DNA of 64,000 nt. Source: Centroscyllium fabricii. Its lineage: Eukaryota. The DNA lies in the NCBI GenBank assembly GCA_051313645.2, contig JBNRSN020000005.1, forward strand, positions 179,924,001 to 179,988,000, in the 5' to 3' direction. Below are positions 1-10,700 of the stretch, piece after piece; position 1 is the stretch's first letter, and every line of letters begins with the position of its first letter. The notes under the pieces are model-generated. The model saw nothing but the letters and a program-made list of their open reading frames with translations. It had not been told where the DNA came from and did not search any database. The translations under genes were made by a program, and so were the position numbers.

Positions 1-295
1 TGGCGCCAGGAATATCCAGAATGGTCCCGATTGCGAAAATTGCCCGGTTTCTTGCAGTTCTTAAATGAATCTTAGTTGATTCCTAAACATTCGTACATTT
101 CGCGTGAGTTCCTCTAACCTGCAGGAATGTTTTTGCTGGTCAAAAACTTTCCAACGAATTTCCAAATCGGGAATGACTCGGGAACCATTCTAATCGTTCG
201 GAGCTGCATCGCACTCGCTTCTTCTGCATTCGAGCGTTTCCGCGGCAAATTGACCAGGTCAGAGGTCACTGAGGGACGTATTTCACTTTAGAAAA

Positions 296-1783
296 ATGAA
301 CAGGAGGAGAGCAGGACAATCTGGCAAGGCCAAGGGATGCGGCAAAGCCACCAAGCTCGCCCCAGAGCTGATTGAGGACAGCCCGAGGGAAGCAGCTGTA
401 CCTCCACACATCACTCCACCACATGTGGCCGAACCAGATCTCCCCTCGACAGAGGAGGAGCGCCCGCTGGAGTTTGAAGACCAGCCGGGCGTGGTCGAGA
501 ACGAGGCCGACCATGCTGCCGAGGTGGAAGCTCCTCCATCCCCTGTGTCCCTGGGGACAAAGCAAAAGAAGGCGAGGCTGAAGTCTAACCTGAGTTCAGA
601 AGAACAGGAGGAGGTAACTGATATATTTATAACTGATAATCCTTTATTAATAATCACTATCGTCAATTTGATTTTGTATACAACTATATTAATTTTATTC
701 TAGGTGGCCCTCTTTCTGGAAGCCCATGACTTCATTTTTAACAAGAGGCGTGAGGACCACTGCTTCGCTGACCGTAAAAACAAGGCGTGGGAGGACCTGG
801 CCAACAGGATGGGCAAGCAGGTCAAGGCACTGACCACTTTTTTTGAGAGCATGCGGACGCAGGTGGGGAAGATGAGGATTACAAAGAGTGGCCAGGGAAC
901 GATGGAGCTGACAGAGAGGCAGGAGTGGATCTGGAAACGCTTCCAGTTCCTGGTACCACACATCAGCAAGGTCATCAGGCGGAACGTGCAGAGCCTCAAG
1001 CCTCCTACCACACAGCCGGCTCCTGGAGATCCACAGAACAGGGATCATGAGGTGGACCTGCAGGAGGCTAATGTCACCACGCCACCGTTCCCCATCACCC
1101 CAACCTCCTGCATCACCACCGCCAGCTGCTGCAGCTGCAGAGGAGGAAAGGGGAGAGTGGCAGCAACGGAGGAAGAGGAGGACATTGCAGGGGATATTCG
1201 CAAGTCAAGGGAGAGGCAGATGGAGCTGCTGGATATCCTTAAATCACACCCTCTTCATGCTGTTCCCTTTCCGGAGCGCCTCAAGTACGCCGAATATATG
1301 GGGCATGCATTTCAGCGATTGTCCACCGCTAGGTACATTGAGGTGAGGGACAAAATGTGGCAGATCATCTCGAGCACAGATAAGGAGATGGATGAAATGC
1401 AGCATTCCCACCAGGCAGCATCGCTAGGAGCACCTCCACCAGAACCAGCTGGCTATCGACAGAGACCATTCAGCTCATCCACCCTGCCCATGTATCCTCC
1501 TCCTCCTCCTCCTCCATGGAATCAACCCTACCAGCAGCAAGGCCAGTGGCCGTTGCAGCAGTCGCAGTGGCAGCCAAGGCCTGTGGTTCATCCTGCTTGG
1601 CAGCCAGTGGAAACGCCGTGGATGTATCAGCAGCCAGGAACCTCCGGGCACAGTGAAGCCGCCACGGTAAGGAACGTCAGTCCAGCAGCAGAAAGCCAAC
1701 AGCCAGACACGGGTGCACTAGTGGAGGATGTAGTTGTCAGCCTCTCTGAATTTAGCAGTGATGTGACCGACTTTGAGGTCTGA
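296..1783 (+). CDS. Harbinger DNA-binding protein (MADF/Myb-SANT domain plus BESS-like motif); two exons, 296-613 and 704-1783, about 465 aa
   Basis: Donor GAG|GTAACT at 614, AT-rich 90-nt intron, acceptor TTTTATTCTAG|G at 703, phase 0. The join gives LSSEEQEE|VALFLEAHDFIFNKRREDH...KNKAWEDLA...FFESMRTQ...KSGQG...W..FQFL (MADF-like). ERLKYAEYMGHAFQRL...VRDKMWQII is BESS-like. P/Q-rich tail. Confidence 0.85.
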
Positions 1784-1843
1784 ATTAAAATTTGTTAAAT
1801 GTTAGTTCCAAAAAGTTGTTGTTCTGAGTTTTAAAAATTTGGT

Positions 1844-1997
1844 GTTTTAATAATAGTTCTTAAAATTTGTTGTTACATGTGAGTTTTATAAAATTGTTGT
1901 TTTAATAATAGTTCTTAAAATTTGTTGTTACATGTGAGTTTTATAAAATTGTTGTTTTAATATTAGTTCTAAAAATATGTTGTTACATGTGAGTTTT
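1844..1997. repeat. 55-bp AT-rich tandem repeat, about 3 copies, in the Harbinger intergenic/3'UTR region
   Basis: Unit GTTTTAATAATAGTTCTTAAAATTTGTTGTTACATGTGAGTTTTATAAAATTGTT repeated. Confidence 0.85.
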
Positions 1998-2130
1998 AAT
2001 TTTTTTTACAAAAAATAATCCTTGTTTGCTGTTTAAATGTTGCTTTATTCCTGGTTTCCTTTTTTTGCTTAACACTTTATTTATCGCAATAAACATAACT
2101 TTCAAATTAATACTGTCTCAATTTATCAAA

Positions 2131-2275
2131 AAAGTCACACACCACCAGTTTCAAAGTCCAACGGTTTTATTTTAAATTACAAGCTTTCGGAGCTTTTGCC
2201 CCTTTTAGTCAGGTAACACAGAGAGAACGTCAAAGATCACACATGGGGGAGGGGAGAAATCTGAACTTATACATG
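2131..2275 (-). mobile_element. Penelope-like pLTR fragment inside the Harbinger, with a degenerate hammerhead motif (2177-2216)
   Basis: Diverged reverse complement of 4200-4290; minus strand reads TTAC CTGACTA AAA GGGGC AAAA GCTCC GAAA GCTT GTAA, then AATAAA. Confidence 0.65.
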
Positions 2276-2378
2276 TTTGAGAACACTAATGCAAATTAGC
2301 ATACATATCCATATTTATCCATTTAACCACAATTTAAGCATAATCACAGGCAATGTCCAATCACTGTCATTGTGTAAT

Positions 2379-3689
2379 TCACACTTGCTTGTTCAGTCCT
2401 GCCAACCTCTCCTGCCACGGAACAGATCCTGCAGGACTGTTGAAGTAAGCCGTGAGGTACTCCCTCTGGCTCTTGGCCTCCTGATGGTCTCTGTTGCGTG
2501 CATAGGGGTAGGGAACCGCGGCCATCTGCATGCCTTCCCTCCAGGCTCCAGGGATGATGTTGTGGTTGTCATCCTCGTGGTCCACCTCAGCGTTTCCAAT
2601 GGCGGGGAACCTGATCCTCATGAGGTTGTGAAGGAGGACAGCTGTTTCCACCATGGTGCGCACCGTATCTGGATGTTGTTCCAGGGTTCCATGGAAACAT
2701 CTCCATCTGCTGGCCATGATGCCAAAGCCATTCTCCACCACGCGTCTGCCCCTTGAGATTCGGTAGTTGGCCACCATCATCTCATCACTGAGACCCCTCC
2801 TGGAGTAGGGTTTCATGAGGAAAGTTCTGAGGCCAAAAGCATCGTCTCCCAGGATAAAGTAGGGCGTGTCTCTGTCATCATTAGGCAGAGGGTCGTCGTC
2901 AGGGAAGTGGATGGTGTGGTCATCGATGCATTCCCTCAGTTCTGAGGCCCCAAATATCTGTCCATCAGATTGATGACCTTGTCCACCAGTGTCAATCCAG
3001 ATAAACTTATAATCAGCATCCACCATGGCCAGCAGAACCACAGAGAAGAAGCTCTTGTAATTGTAGTACAGACTGCCGGACCTGGGTGGTTTCTTGAGGG
3101 CTATGTGTTTGCCATCCAAGGCCCCCAGGGCATGAGGGACATTCCACCGGTCTTGGAACTGCTGGGCAATGGCTTTCCAGTCCTCCTGGGTCCGGGGCAG
3201 TGGCATGACCTCGTCCTTTAGCGCTTGAATGATGGCGTGGCATACCTCCTTGACGATCACTCCCACGTTGCTCCTGCCACATCTGAAGTCGTAGTGGAGG
3301 GTCGGGTACCCGTCTCCTGTAGCCAGGTGTCTGAGGGTGAGGGCCAGCTTCAGTCCAGCTTCTAGGGGTGGTCTCAGGCAGGTGTGCTGCCTCTGGATGA
3401 CAGGGGTGATCCTTTGGAGGAGCTCATCAAACATCTGGGGTGGCATTCTTACATAGTTGGTGAAGGAGTTCTCATCCTCCAGCCTCAGCTCCTGCAGCAG
3501 TCTGTTGTAGTGCCCATGTTCTAGCCTTCTAGCAGGTGTCAGCCATGGTCGAACCCACCAGCGCTTGCGTCTTCTCTGTCTTCCTGTGGGATCCATTCTT
3601 CTGCTGTTCAGAGCTACCAGCAGTTGGTCTAGATGTTGGTACTCTATTTCCATGGCAAGAGCAAGACATCCTATCAGTTCAAAATCCAT
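2379..3689 (-). CDS. Harbinger transposase (HARBI1-like, DDE_Tnp_4), 436 aa, uninterrupted
   Basis: RWWVRPW, F.NY.RM, LALTLRHLATG, ALDGKH, YYNYK.FFS.VLLA.VDA.YKF, LGDDAF, LMKPY, NYRISRGRRVVENGFGIMASRW, LHN motifs; DDE triad present. Confidence 0.96.
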   Translation of the reverse strand: MDFELIGCLALAMEIEYQHLDQLLVALNSRRMDPTGRQRRRKRWWVRPWLTPARRLEHGHYNRLLQELRLEDENSFTNYVRMPPQMFDELLQRITPVIQRQHTCLRPPLEAGLKLALTLRHLATGDGYPTLHYDFRCGRSNVGVIVKEVCHAIIQALKDEVMPLPRTQEDWKAIAQQFQDRWNVPHALGALDGKHIALKKPPRSGSLYYNYKSFFSVVLLAMVDADYKFIWIDTGGQGHQSDGQIFGASELRECIDDHTIHFPDDDPLPNDDRDTPYFILGDDAFGLRTFLMKPYSRRGLSDEMMVANYRISRGRRVVENGFGIMASRWRCFHGTLEQHPDTVRTMVETAVLLHNLMRIRFPAIGNAEVDHEDDNHNIIPGAWREGMQMAAVPYPYARNRDHQEAKSQREYLTAYFNSPAGSVPWQERLAGLNKQV

Positions 3690-4194
3690 TGTGCAAATGA
3701 CCTGCTCAACCTGGGGTCAGGGTTTTTTTATACCTTTCCGCAACCAAGAATATCCCCGAATGTCAAGAACGATGCCGATTATCTTAAACTATTCGTAGAT
3801 AATTCGTAGTAGTCGTAACTTCATCGTGGAGGTCGTAGTGGATTCGAACAATCACTCGGCACATTCGTAAGTGGGTCGTACCTTATTCGTGCACTTCTTA
3901 CCTGATTCATTGACTTCGTACTTGTTTCTTAAACCATTCTTGACATTCGGCATATCTTTCAAGCCGAATCTCCACGAATATTTCGTGATAAATTCGTTAC
4001 ACCTTCGTACCATCTCCCGAATCGCCAAGAAATCAACAAGAATTTTGACTTTTTTTCCCGAAACGCCAAAAATTTCGATTCGGGGAAATTCGGGAATTCG
4101 AGATATTCTTAGCTCTCAGTGAAAGCGGGGTATTAGAGTGCACAATGTGAAGGTAAAGGAGCTTTCTTGTAGGGAGAGAGTGAAAAAGAACCTG

Positions 4195-4330
4195 CTGGTG
4201 TCACTTCACCTGAGGAAGGAGCAGCGCTCCGAAAGCTTGTGATTTCAAATAAAACTGTTGGACTATAACCAGGTGTTGTGTGACTTCTTACAATTGTTCA
4301 CCCCAGTCCAACACCGGCACCTCCACATCA
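4195..4330 (+). mobile_element. Penelope-like pLTR repeat fragment
   Basis: Hammerhead core followed by AATAAA and GTTGGACTATAACCAGGTGTTGTG; related pieces at 2131-2216 and 56702-56746. Confidence 0.6.
4206..4242 (+). ncRNA. Minimal type I hammerhead ribozyme motif
   Basis: TCAC-CTGAGGA-A-GGAGC(AGC)GCTCC-GAAA-GC-TT-GTGA: CUGANGA and GAAA core, stem II GGAGC/GCTCC, stem I TCAC/GTGA, palindromic AGCT stem III. Confidence 0.65.
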
Positions 4331-4882
4331 CGGTGTCTCAAAAGCAGCAATGGCAGAAGCCTGTAGGCCATCTGGCGATCCGCTCAGACAAGAAATGGTA
4401 TACAATACAAGTAAAATAAATAGGAGGGGAGGAAGAAATCTATTTTATAAGGGGGGATAAATTGAAACAGTGCATTTAATATTAAAGACATATTTTGCAG
4501 TTCCAGAATTGAATCCAACACAAGTTGCAATCTACTGGAGGACAAGTTCAAATAAGCACCTTATATTCTATTAAAAACAGATATATTGAAAAGAGACTGA
4601 GGAATGTATACATGGCTATGAAATGCTTACCTTTAGTAAACTACATTCAGTAAGGTGAACTCCATGTTTCCCTTATCAATCAAATTTCTAGGTTATTAAT
4701 GATATAATATTCAAATAACTGCTTTAAGGATTATTTTATGTAATTACATTATAAATAATTGCTTCAGTTGGTTGCATCAGGCACACAACCCTGATGATGC
4801 ATTTTTAAATCACAATGGCCCCAATCAACTGCCACATAATTACAGGATAACAGAGCTTAAAATTATCACATAATGTCCAAAA

Positions 4883-6218
4883 GGGGGCAAATATTCGGTA
4901 GGTTGGCACCTACATAGGACGGTAACTGGGTGCTGATGCAGTAGCGCCAGGGCAAGGCGAATGCAGTGCCACACAGCAAATCGGCCCCCGCCACTGGTAT
5001 GAGGTACCGCTGGGGACCTCAACGCCAGGCAGATCGTGACTTCAATGAGCATGCAATGCTCACCGGGCACCCGATCTGCAAAATCCATTGTCGCCAATTA
5101 CCTTTGCGCTTCGACCGGACAGCGACAGAGAGAGCAGGCACACAGCTGACGGAAGCCGGCCTCCAGCGATGTTATTTAAAGGCATCAGCATTAATGACTT
5201 GCAGCTGTCAGGGCAGGTTAATTTCAGAGGCTTCTTGTCAATTTCAGAGGCTTCTTGTCATTTTCAGCCATTGGAGCAGTTTGTATGAGTAATTTCAAGC
5301 TTCTTTTTTATCAGCAGTCTTCTGGCAAGTGCAAAATGGCTACATTTATTGTTCAAAGATTCAAACTGCTACACTTGGCAACATTATTGGGGGCATGCCA
5401 CCTCGCCCTCCAGGATCTACAGTGGAGGAAGCATAGGCAGCCAGAAATACAGGACCATATGTGCAGAGGGATGAGGAGGGGCATCAGGGTTCTTACCAGG
5501 AGGCCTTACCCTCCAAGGGTATTCCAACAGCAGTTTTCCAACCTCCAATTAAGCGAGGAGCAGTGTATTCGACGGCTCCAAATCACCAAGCTGGTGGTCA
5601 CAGAACTCTGCCATCTCCTCCAAACAGACCTCCAGCCTCACAGTGGAAGGACTTGAACCCCAGATCCCTTTTACTCACCACATGCCCATCATACCATCCC
5701 TGTGACATGCCATATCACAGCGTCCTCCTGGGTGCAAAGGTGAAATGAGAGAGTCCACAAAATATTGCAACCTCCAAAAATAAATTTATGCATAAACATA
5801 TCACATTCATTCTAATAATTAATGACCCTTGTGCCTGCCATCGTTGAATGACTGTCACTGTGTGCAAGGCGTGAGATGTGGGTGGGAGTGTTGGTAGGAA
5901 GAGATTGTTGGTGGGTGAGCGCTGGGGGTGTGGTGCTTTGGGCAGTGTGTGAAGATTGTGGTACAGATGGTGGTTTGTAGCATTTGTTGAAGCATTCAAT
6001 CACCCTGACCACCCGACTGAGGTGGATCTGCCATGAGCACACCTGCTTCAGTCCTCTGGCTCCTTCTCCTTGTCGTGCTTCTCGTTGCTGAGGCAGCTGC
6101 ACAGCCAGCAATGCTGAGAATGTGGTGCTGCAGCATCAATGAACCTCCCCTTTAAGTACTGGGAAAAGCCTGTGACAATGATGAGTTGAGATGAGACTGC
6201 ACCCGATATTGATCCACC
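4883..6218 (+). mobile_element. Degenerate, internally deleted Harbinger-family element
   Basis: ORF 5255-5656 holds a transposase N-terminal relic (RRPYPPRVF...LSEEQCIRRL...VVTELCHLLQTDLQP); imperfect ends GGGGGCAAATATTCGG / CCGATATTGATCCACC. Confidence 0.6.
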
Positions 6219-7762
6219 CTTTGAGTGTAATGCTACTGAGCTAGGCCTTTAAGACTTGCTTTAGCGTCCCAATTATTTCTTTGAGCAGTGAGAATGAATT
6301 TTGCATGCTGTCTAAAGCATTAGTGCCTGGAACTAATTCTCAAACCTTTCTAAAGATATCGCTCATTCCTGGGCTATAATGAATTTCTAACCCCGGGTCT
6401 TTAAAAAGGGTCTTGTATCCAGGAATACCATTTGTGAGAGATAACGCGATATCCATGATCATGAGCATTAATTTGTCAAAGGTTCTATGGGCTGTAATGG
6501 GAGCTTTGAGGGAATCCAAGAGCCCTGTGCCTGCCCTCATCTTCCCCTCCCACTCCTCAGTCAGTGCAGTCAACTCTTGCTTCTTAATAGTTTGGAGGTA
6601 GGGTACTTTCTTTCAATCTGTTTTAAATACAATTTGTCAGATTATATACACAAATTCAGATTTGCATCTCACATGCACTGATGCTGAGTCAGAAGTGACA
6701 TGCTGAATTCAATAAACTGCCCCACCCGCAACTTAAACTTCCGCCACATACCATCTACAACTCTGCATTTTTAAAGGAGAGAAAAAAAAACTCCTGTGGA
6801 ATTTTTGTTCTCAGACTGGTGGGGTATTAATCTTATACCACCCTTCAAGTGAGTAGGTGACATTCCAGGCAAGTTAACTGGTTCATGGTAATATAGGGGG
6901 GGATTTCGCCAGAAGGGCGGGAACCTGGCGGGGATTGGTCTGGGGTGCCTCCGGCCCCGCCCGCCCAAACAGCTGGGAAGGCCACGCAATTTTAGTTTAA
7001 TTGGGTTGTTAAATCCCCGCCGGCAGCAGCGGGAGGTAATTAGGTCAATCGAGTCGGGCTGCATCGGGGCTGCGAGCAGCTTGATTGACAATTCCAGCAC
7101 TGGTTGTTGACAGTTCCCATGGAAACATTCCACTGTGACATCACAGTGGAGTTGAACCAATGGGAATGGTCAAACGCTGGTGACTGATAGGTGGGCGGGC
7201 TCAGAATTCTTGACAGCTCGGCAGCAGCTGTGAGGAAATGTTCAGAACTGAGTTTTCTCAGTTTCTGCTCACAGCTGATGCAGTCACAGCGGAGATACTT
7301 ACTCCTCTAAGGTGCTGGAGGCATGCCAAGCATTTGGCAGCATGTCCCTCCCACCTTGAATGAGAAAGTAATAACCAGCGCTGTGCTCCAGCGGGGTTTA
7401 GGGTGACGGGGTTAGGGCAGGAAACAGGGCAAAATGGCTGAGGTCCCTTAAAATGGCATTAAAGATGCCAATTAAGGGCCTTTAACGAGGTGACAACCCA
7501 TCCCCGCCGGCTGCCGGCGGGAAGGTTTTGGGGCGGGGAATCTGGGCGGGGGAAAATGAGAATGCGGCGGGGATACGGCGGGTGGCGGGGGGGGTCGCGA
7601 CCCACTGGTTGCGCTATTTTGCCGGCCGGGCCACCGACATCAAAGCCAGCGTCCCCGCCACCCTGGACCAATACCAGTTCGCCTACCGAGGAAACAGATC
7701 AACGGAAGATGCAATCACTACGGCTCTTCACTCTGCACTAAACCACCTGGATAGCAAAGATA

Positions 7763-10700
7763 TGTAGTGCATGCAGGCCTGAAGAACCACGCGGGAGCCA
7801 GAAGGACAGAGAACACTTGTTTTATTCATTGCGTGGCCAGGTAGAAAGAGAGAGAACCACCTGGAGCAGGCTTATTTAAAGCGCCCGCGGTTGGTGATCT
7901 CATCACGCCGGAAGTCGCGGTGACATCATCACGTCACCCGATGGGCGGGGCTGTGCCCCGCAGTACTCCCGAGGCGGATTCGATGTCTTTGGTGGGCGTG
8001 TCGCCACACAGCTCCCCCCCAGAATCTGTACGGGAGAATAAAATAAAATAAAAAAGAGTCTTATGAGAGGCGTTGTAGTGGCCGGATGATGCGGCCGGCA
8101 CGTGTCGTGCGCTACTCCTTGTTCTGCGGTGGAGTGTGGGCGGGTGTTGGTGCGGGAGGGCGTCCGCGTTTCGGTGGTTGCGTGGGGACTGTTGGCTCAC
8201 CCGCTATTACGTGTGCCGGTTTCAACCGGTCTATTGAAACGGTTTCAGTCCTGTTGCCCATTTGCAGTTGGAAAGCTTTAGCTCCCGCCCGAAGCACTCT
8301 GTAGGGTCCATCATACGGTGGCTGTAGTGGCGATCGATGTGCGTCGTGCCGGACAAACACATACTTGGCGTTTTTAATGCCGTCCGGTACACGTGCTGCT
8401 GGCTCTCCGTGCCGGGCCACCGGTAGCGGCTTGAACGCTCGTGCTGGGTTGGTAAAGTCTTTTAGGTACTGGTCAGCTGACCAGGGAGCGTTTGGCTCTG
8501 CGAGGAACTCGCCTGGCACTGTTAGTGTTTGGCCGTAGACGAGTTCCGCTGCTGAGGCGTGCAGGTCTTCTTTGGCCGCTGAGCGTAGGCCGAGCATTAC
8601 CCAGGGCAGGCGGTCTGTCCACGTTGCGTCTTTAAGACTGGCCCGTAGGGATGCTTTCATGGAGCGGTGGAACCGTTCGCAAAGTCCGTTTGCTGTGGGT
8701 GGTAAGCGGTGGTTCGGTGTAGGGATACCCCAAGGTCGCGGGCGATGGTCGCCCATAGTGTCGACGTGAATTGGGGGCCTCTGTCCGACGTAATGTCGGT
8801 GGGTACGCCGAAACGAGCGACCCAGGTGGCAATGAAAGCTCTGGCCAGGTCCATGGTGCTGGTAGCAACGAGGGGGACCGCTTCTGGCCAGCGAGTGCTG
8901 CGGTCGACCATGGTCATGACGTGTGTGTGGCCCCGGGATGGCGGTAGAGGTCCGACCAAATCGATGTGGACGTGGTCGAAGCGTCTAGCTGGCATGGTGA
9001 ACGTTTCCAGCGGTGCCTTGATGTGTTTGTGCACCTTGGCGCGCTGGCAGGCAGTGCAGGCATTGGTCCAGGCGCGGACATCCTTGCGCAGGCCGCGCCA
9101 CACGAAACGTGCCGAAATTAGCTTGATGGACGCGCGGGTGCCGGGGTGGGACAGGCCATGGAGGGTCTCGAAAATGTGTCGCCTCCATGCGTGGGGGATG
9201 ACAGGTCTGGGCCGCGGTAAGGAGACGTCGCAGCAGACTACGGTGGCTGCGGGCCCGTGTGCTACGTTGGCCAAGCGCCGGCCGGGGAGGTTGGTAGCCG
9301 GATTGAGCAGGTCTGGGTCTGCCAGTTGGTCGGTTGCCAGTTTGGCGTAGTCGACCGCTGTTTGGACGGCGTTAATGGTGGGACGTGACAGGCAGTCAGC
9401 AACCACGTTGTCGCGGCCGGAGATGTGCTGTATGTCGGTGGTAAATTCCGACACGGCTGCGAGCTGGTGCTGCTGCCTGGCCGACCAGGGTTCGGCGATC
9501 TTAGCCATCGCGAACAGGAGTGGCTTGTGATCGACGAAGGCTGTAAAATGGCGGCCCTCCAAGAGGAAGCAAAAGTGGCGTACTGAGAGGTAGAGAGCGA
9601 GCAGCTCCCTGTCGAAGGCGCTGTACTTAACCTCTGGGGGCCGAAGTTGCCGGCTGAAAAAGGCCAGGGGTTGCCAGGAGTTGCCGGTCCACTGCTCAAA
9701 GACAGCTCCGACAGCGTGGTCAGAGGCGTCGGTGGTGAGGGCCACTCTGGCGTTGGGCCTAGGGTGGGCTAGGAGCGTGGCGTTGGCCAGGGCGGTTTTG
9801 GTTGCGGTGAAGGCAGTGATGGCTTCGGCCGTCCACTCGACCGCAGTTTTGTTGGACTGCCCGCGTGTGGCCTGGTATAGGGGTGCCATGAGAGCGGCTG
9901 CTCCTGGGATGAAGCGGTTATAGAAATTAAACATGCCTAGGAATTCCTGCAGCCCCTTGATGGAGTGCGGGCAGGGGAATTACTGGACCGCCTGCACCTT
10001 GGAGGGCAGGGGTATGGCCCCAGTTTGGGAAATGCGGTGGCCGAGGAAGTCGATGGTCTCGAGGCCAAATTGGCATTTAGAGGGGCTTAATATGAGACCG
10101 TGTTCGGTCAGGCGTTGGAACAGGGCCCTGAGATGCAGGAGGTGTTCCTGGGGGGAGGTGCTGGCCACGAGGATGTCGTCTAGGTAGACGAAAATGAACT
10201 GCAGGTCCCGTAGGACTGAGTCCATGAGGCGTTGGAAGGCCTGTGCAGCGTTTTTAAGTCCGAAGGGCATTCGGAGAAATTCGAACAGGCCGAAGGGGGT
10301 GATGACGGCTGTCTTAGGGACATCCGCCGGGTGCACCGGGACCTGGTGGTAGCCCCGTACCAGGTCGATCTTAGAGAAGATCGTGCAGCCCGCTAGCCTG
10401 GTGGAGAAATCTTGGATGTGGGGGACAGGGTACCTGTCTGGGGTGGTGACGTTGTTGAGGCGGCGGTAGTCTCCGCAGGGGCGCCAACCACCGCCCGGCT
10501 TGGGGGCGATGTGGAGGGGAGAGGCCCAGGGGCTGTTGGAGCGGCGGATTATGCCGAGTTGTTCCATGGTGCGGAACTCGGTACGCGCGAACTCCAGTTT
10601 GGCCGGGTCCAGTCTGCGGGCGTGGGCATGGACGGGAGGGCCGGTGGTGGTGATGAAATGCTCCACCCCGTGCTTGGCCGTGCGGGCTGTGAAGGTGGGG

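Larger units (their letters stand above)
1..4132. mobile_element. Autonomous-looking PIF/Harbinger DNA transposon (left TIR probably just upstream of the window)
   Basis: Convergent transposase and MADF/Myb-like genes. The right end ...CAGTGAAAGCGGGGTA is followed by TTA (4133-4135), a typical TWA target. The reverse complement of the right subterminal (TGAGAGCTAAGAATATCTCGAAT) resembles bases 1-22 (TGGCGCCAGGAATATCCAGAAT). Subterminal regions are CpG-rich. Confidence 0.9.

Noticed and set aside
2379-3689. Calling the transposase the domesticated host gene HARBI1
   Set aside because: It is intronless, paired with a MADF gene inside TIR-like ends and lies in another gene's intron, so it is a transposon copy.
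4631-4688. Minus-strand candidate exon ending AAG|GTAAGC
   Set aside because: Weak acceptor, stops in all frames, and no resemblance to the expected next CFAP61 exon.
6340-6573. 77-aa minus-strand ORF in apparently unique sequence
   Set aside because: No recognisable motif and no convincing splice sites.
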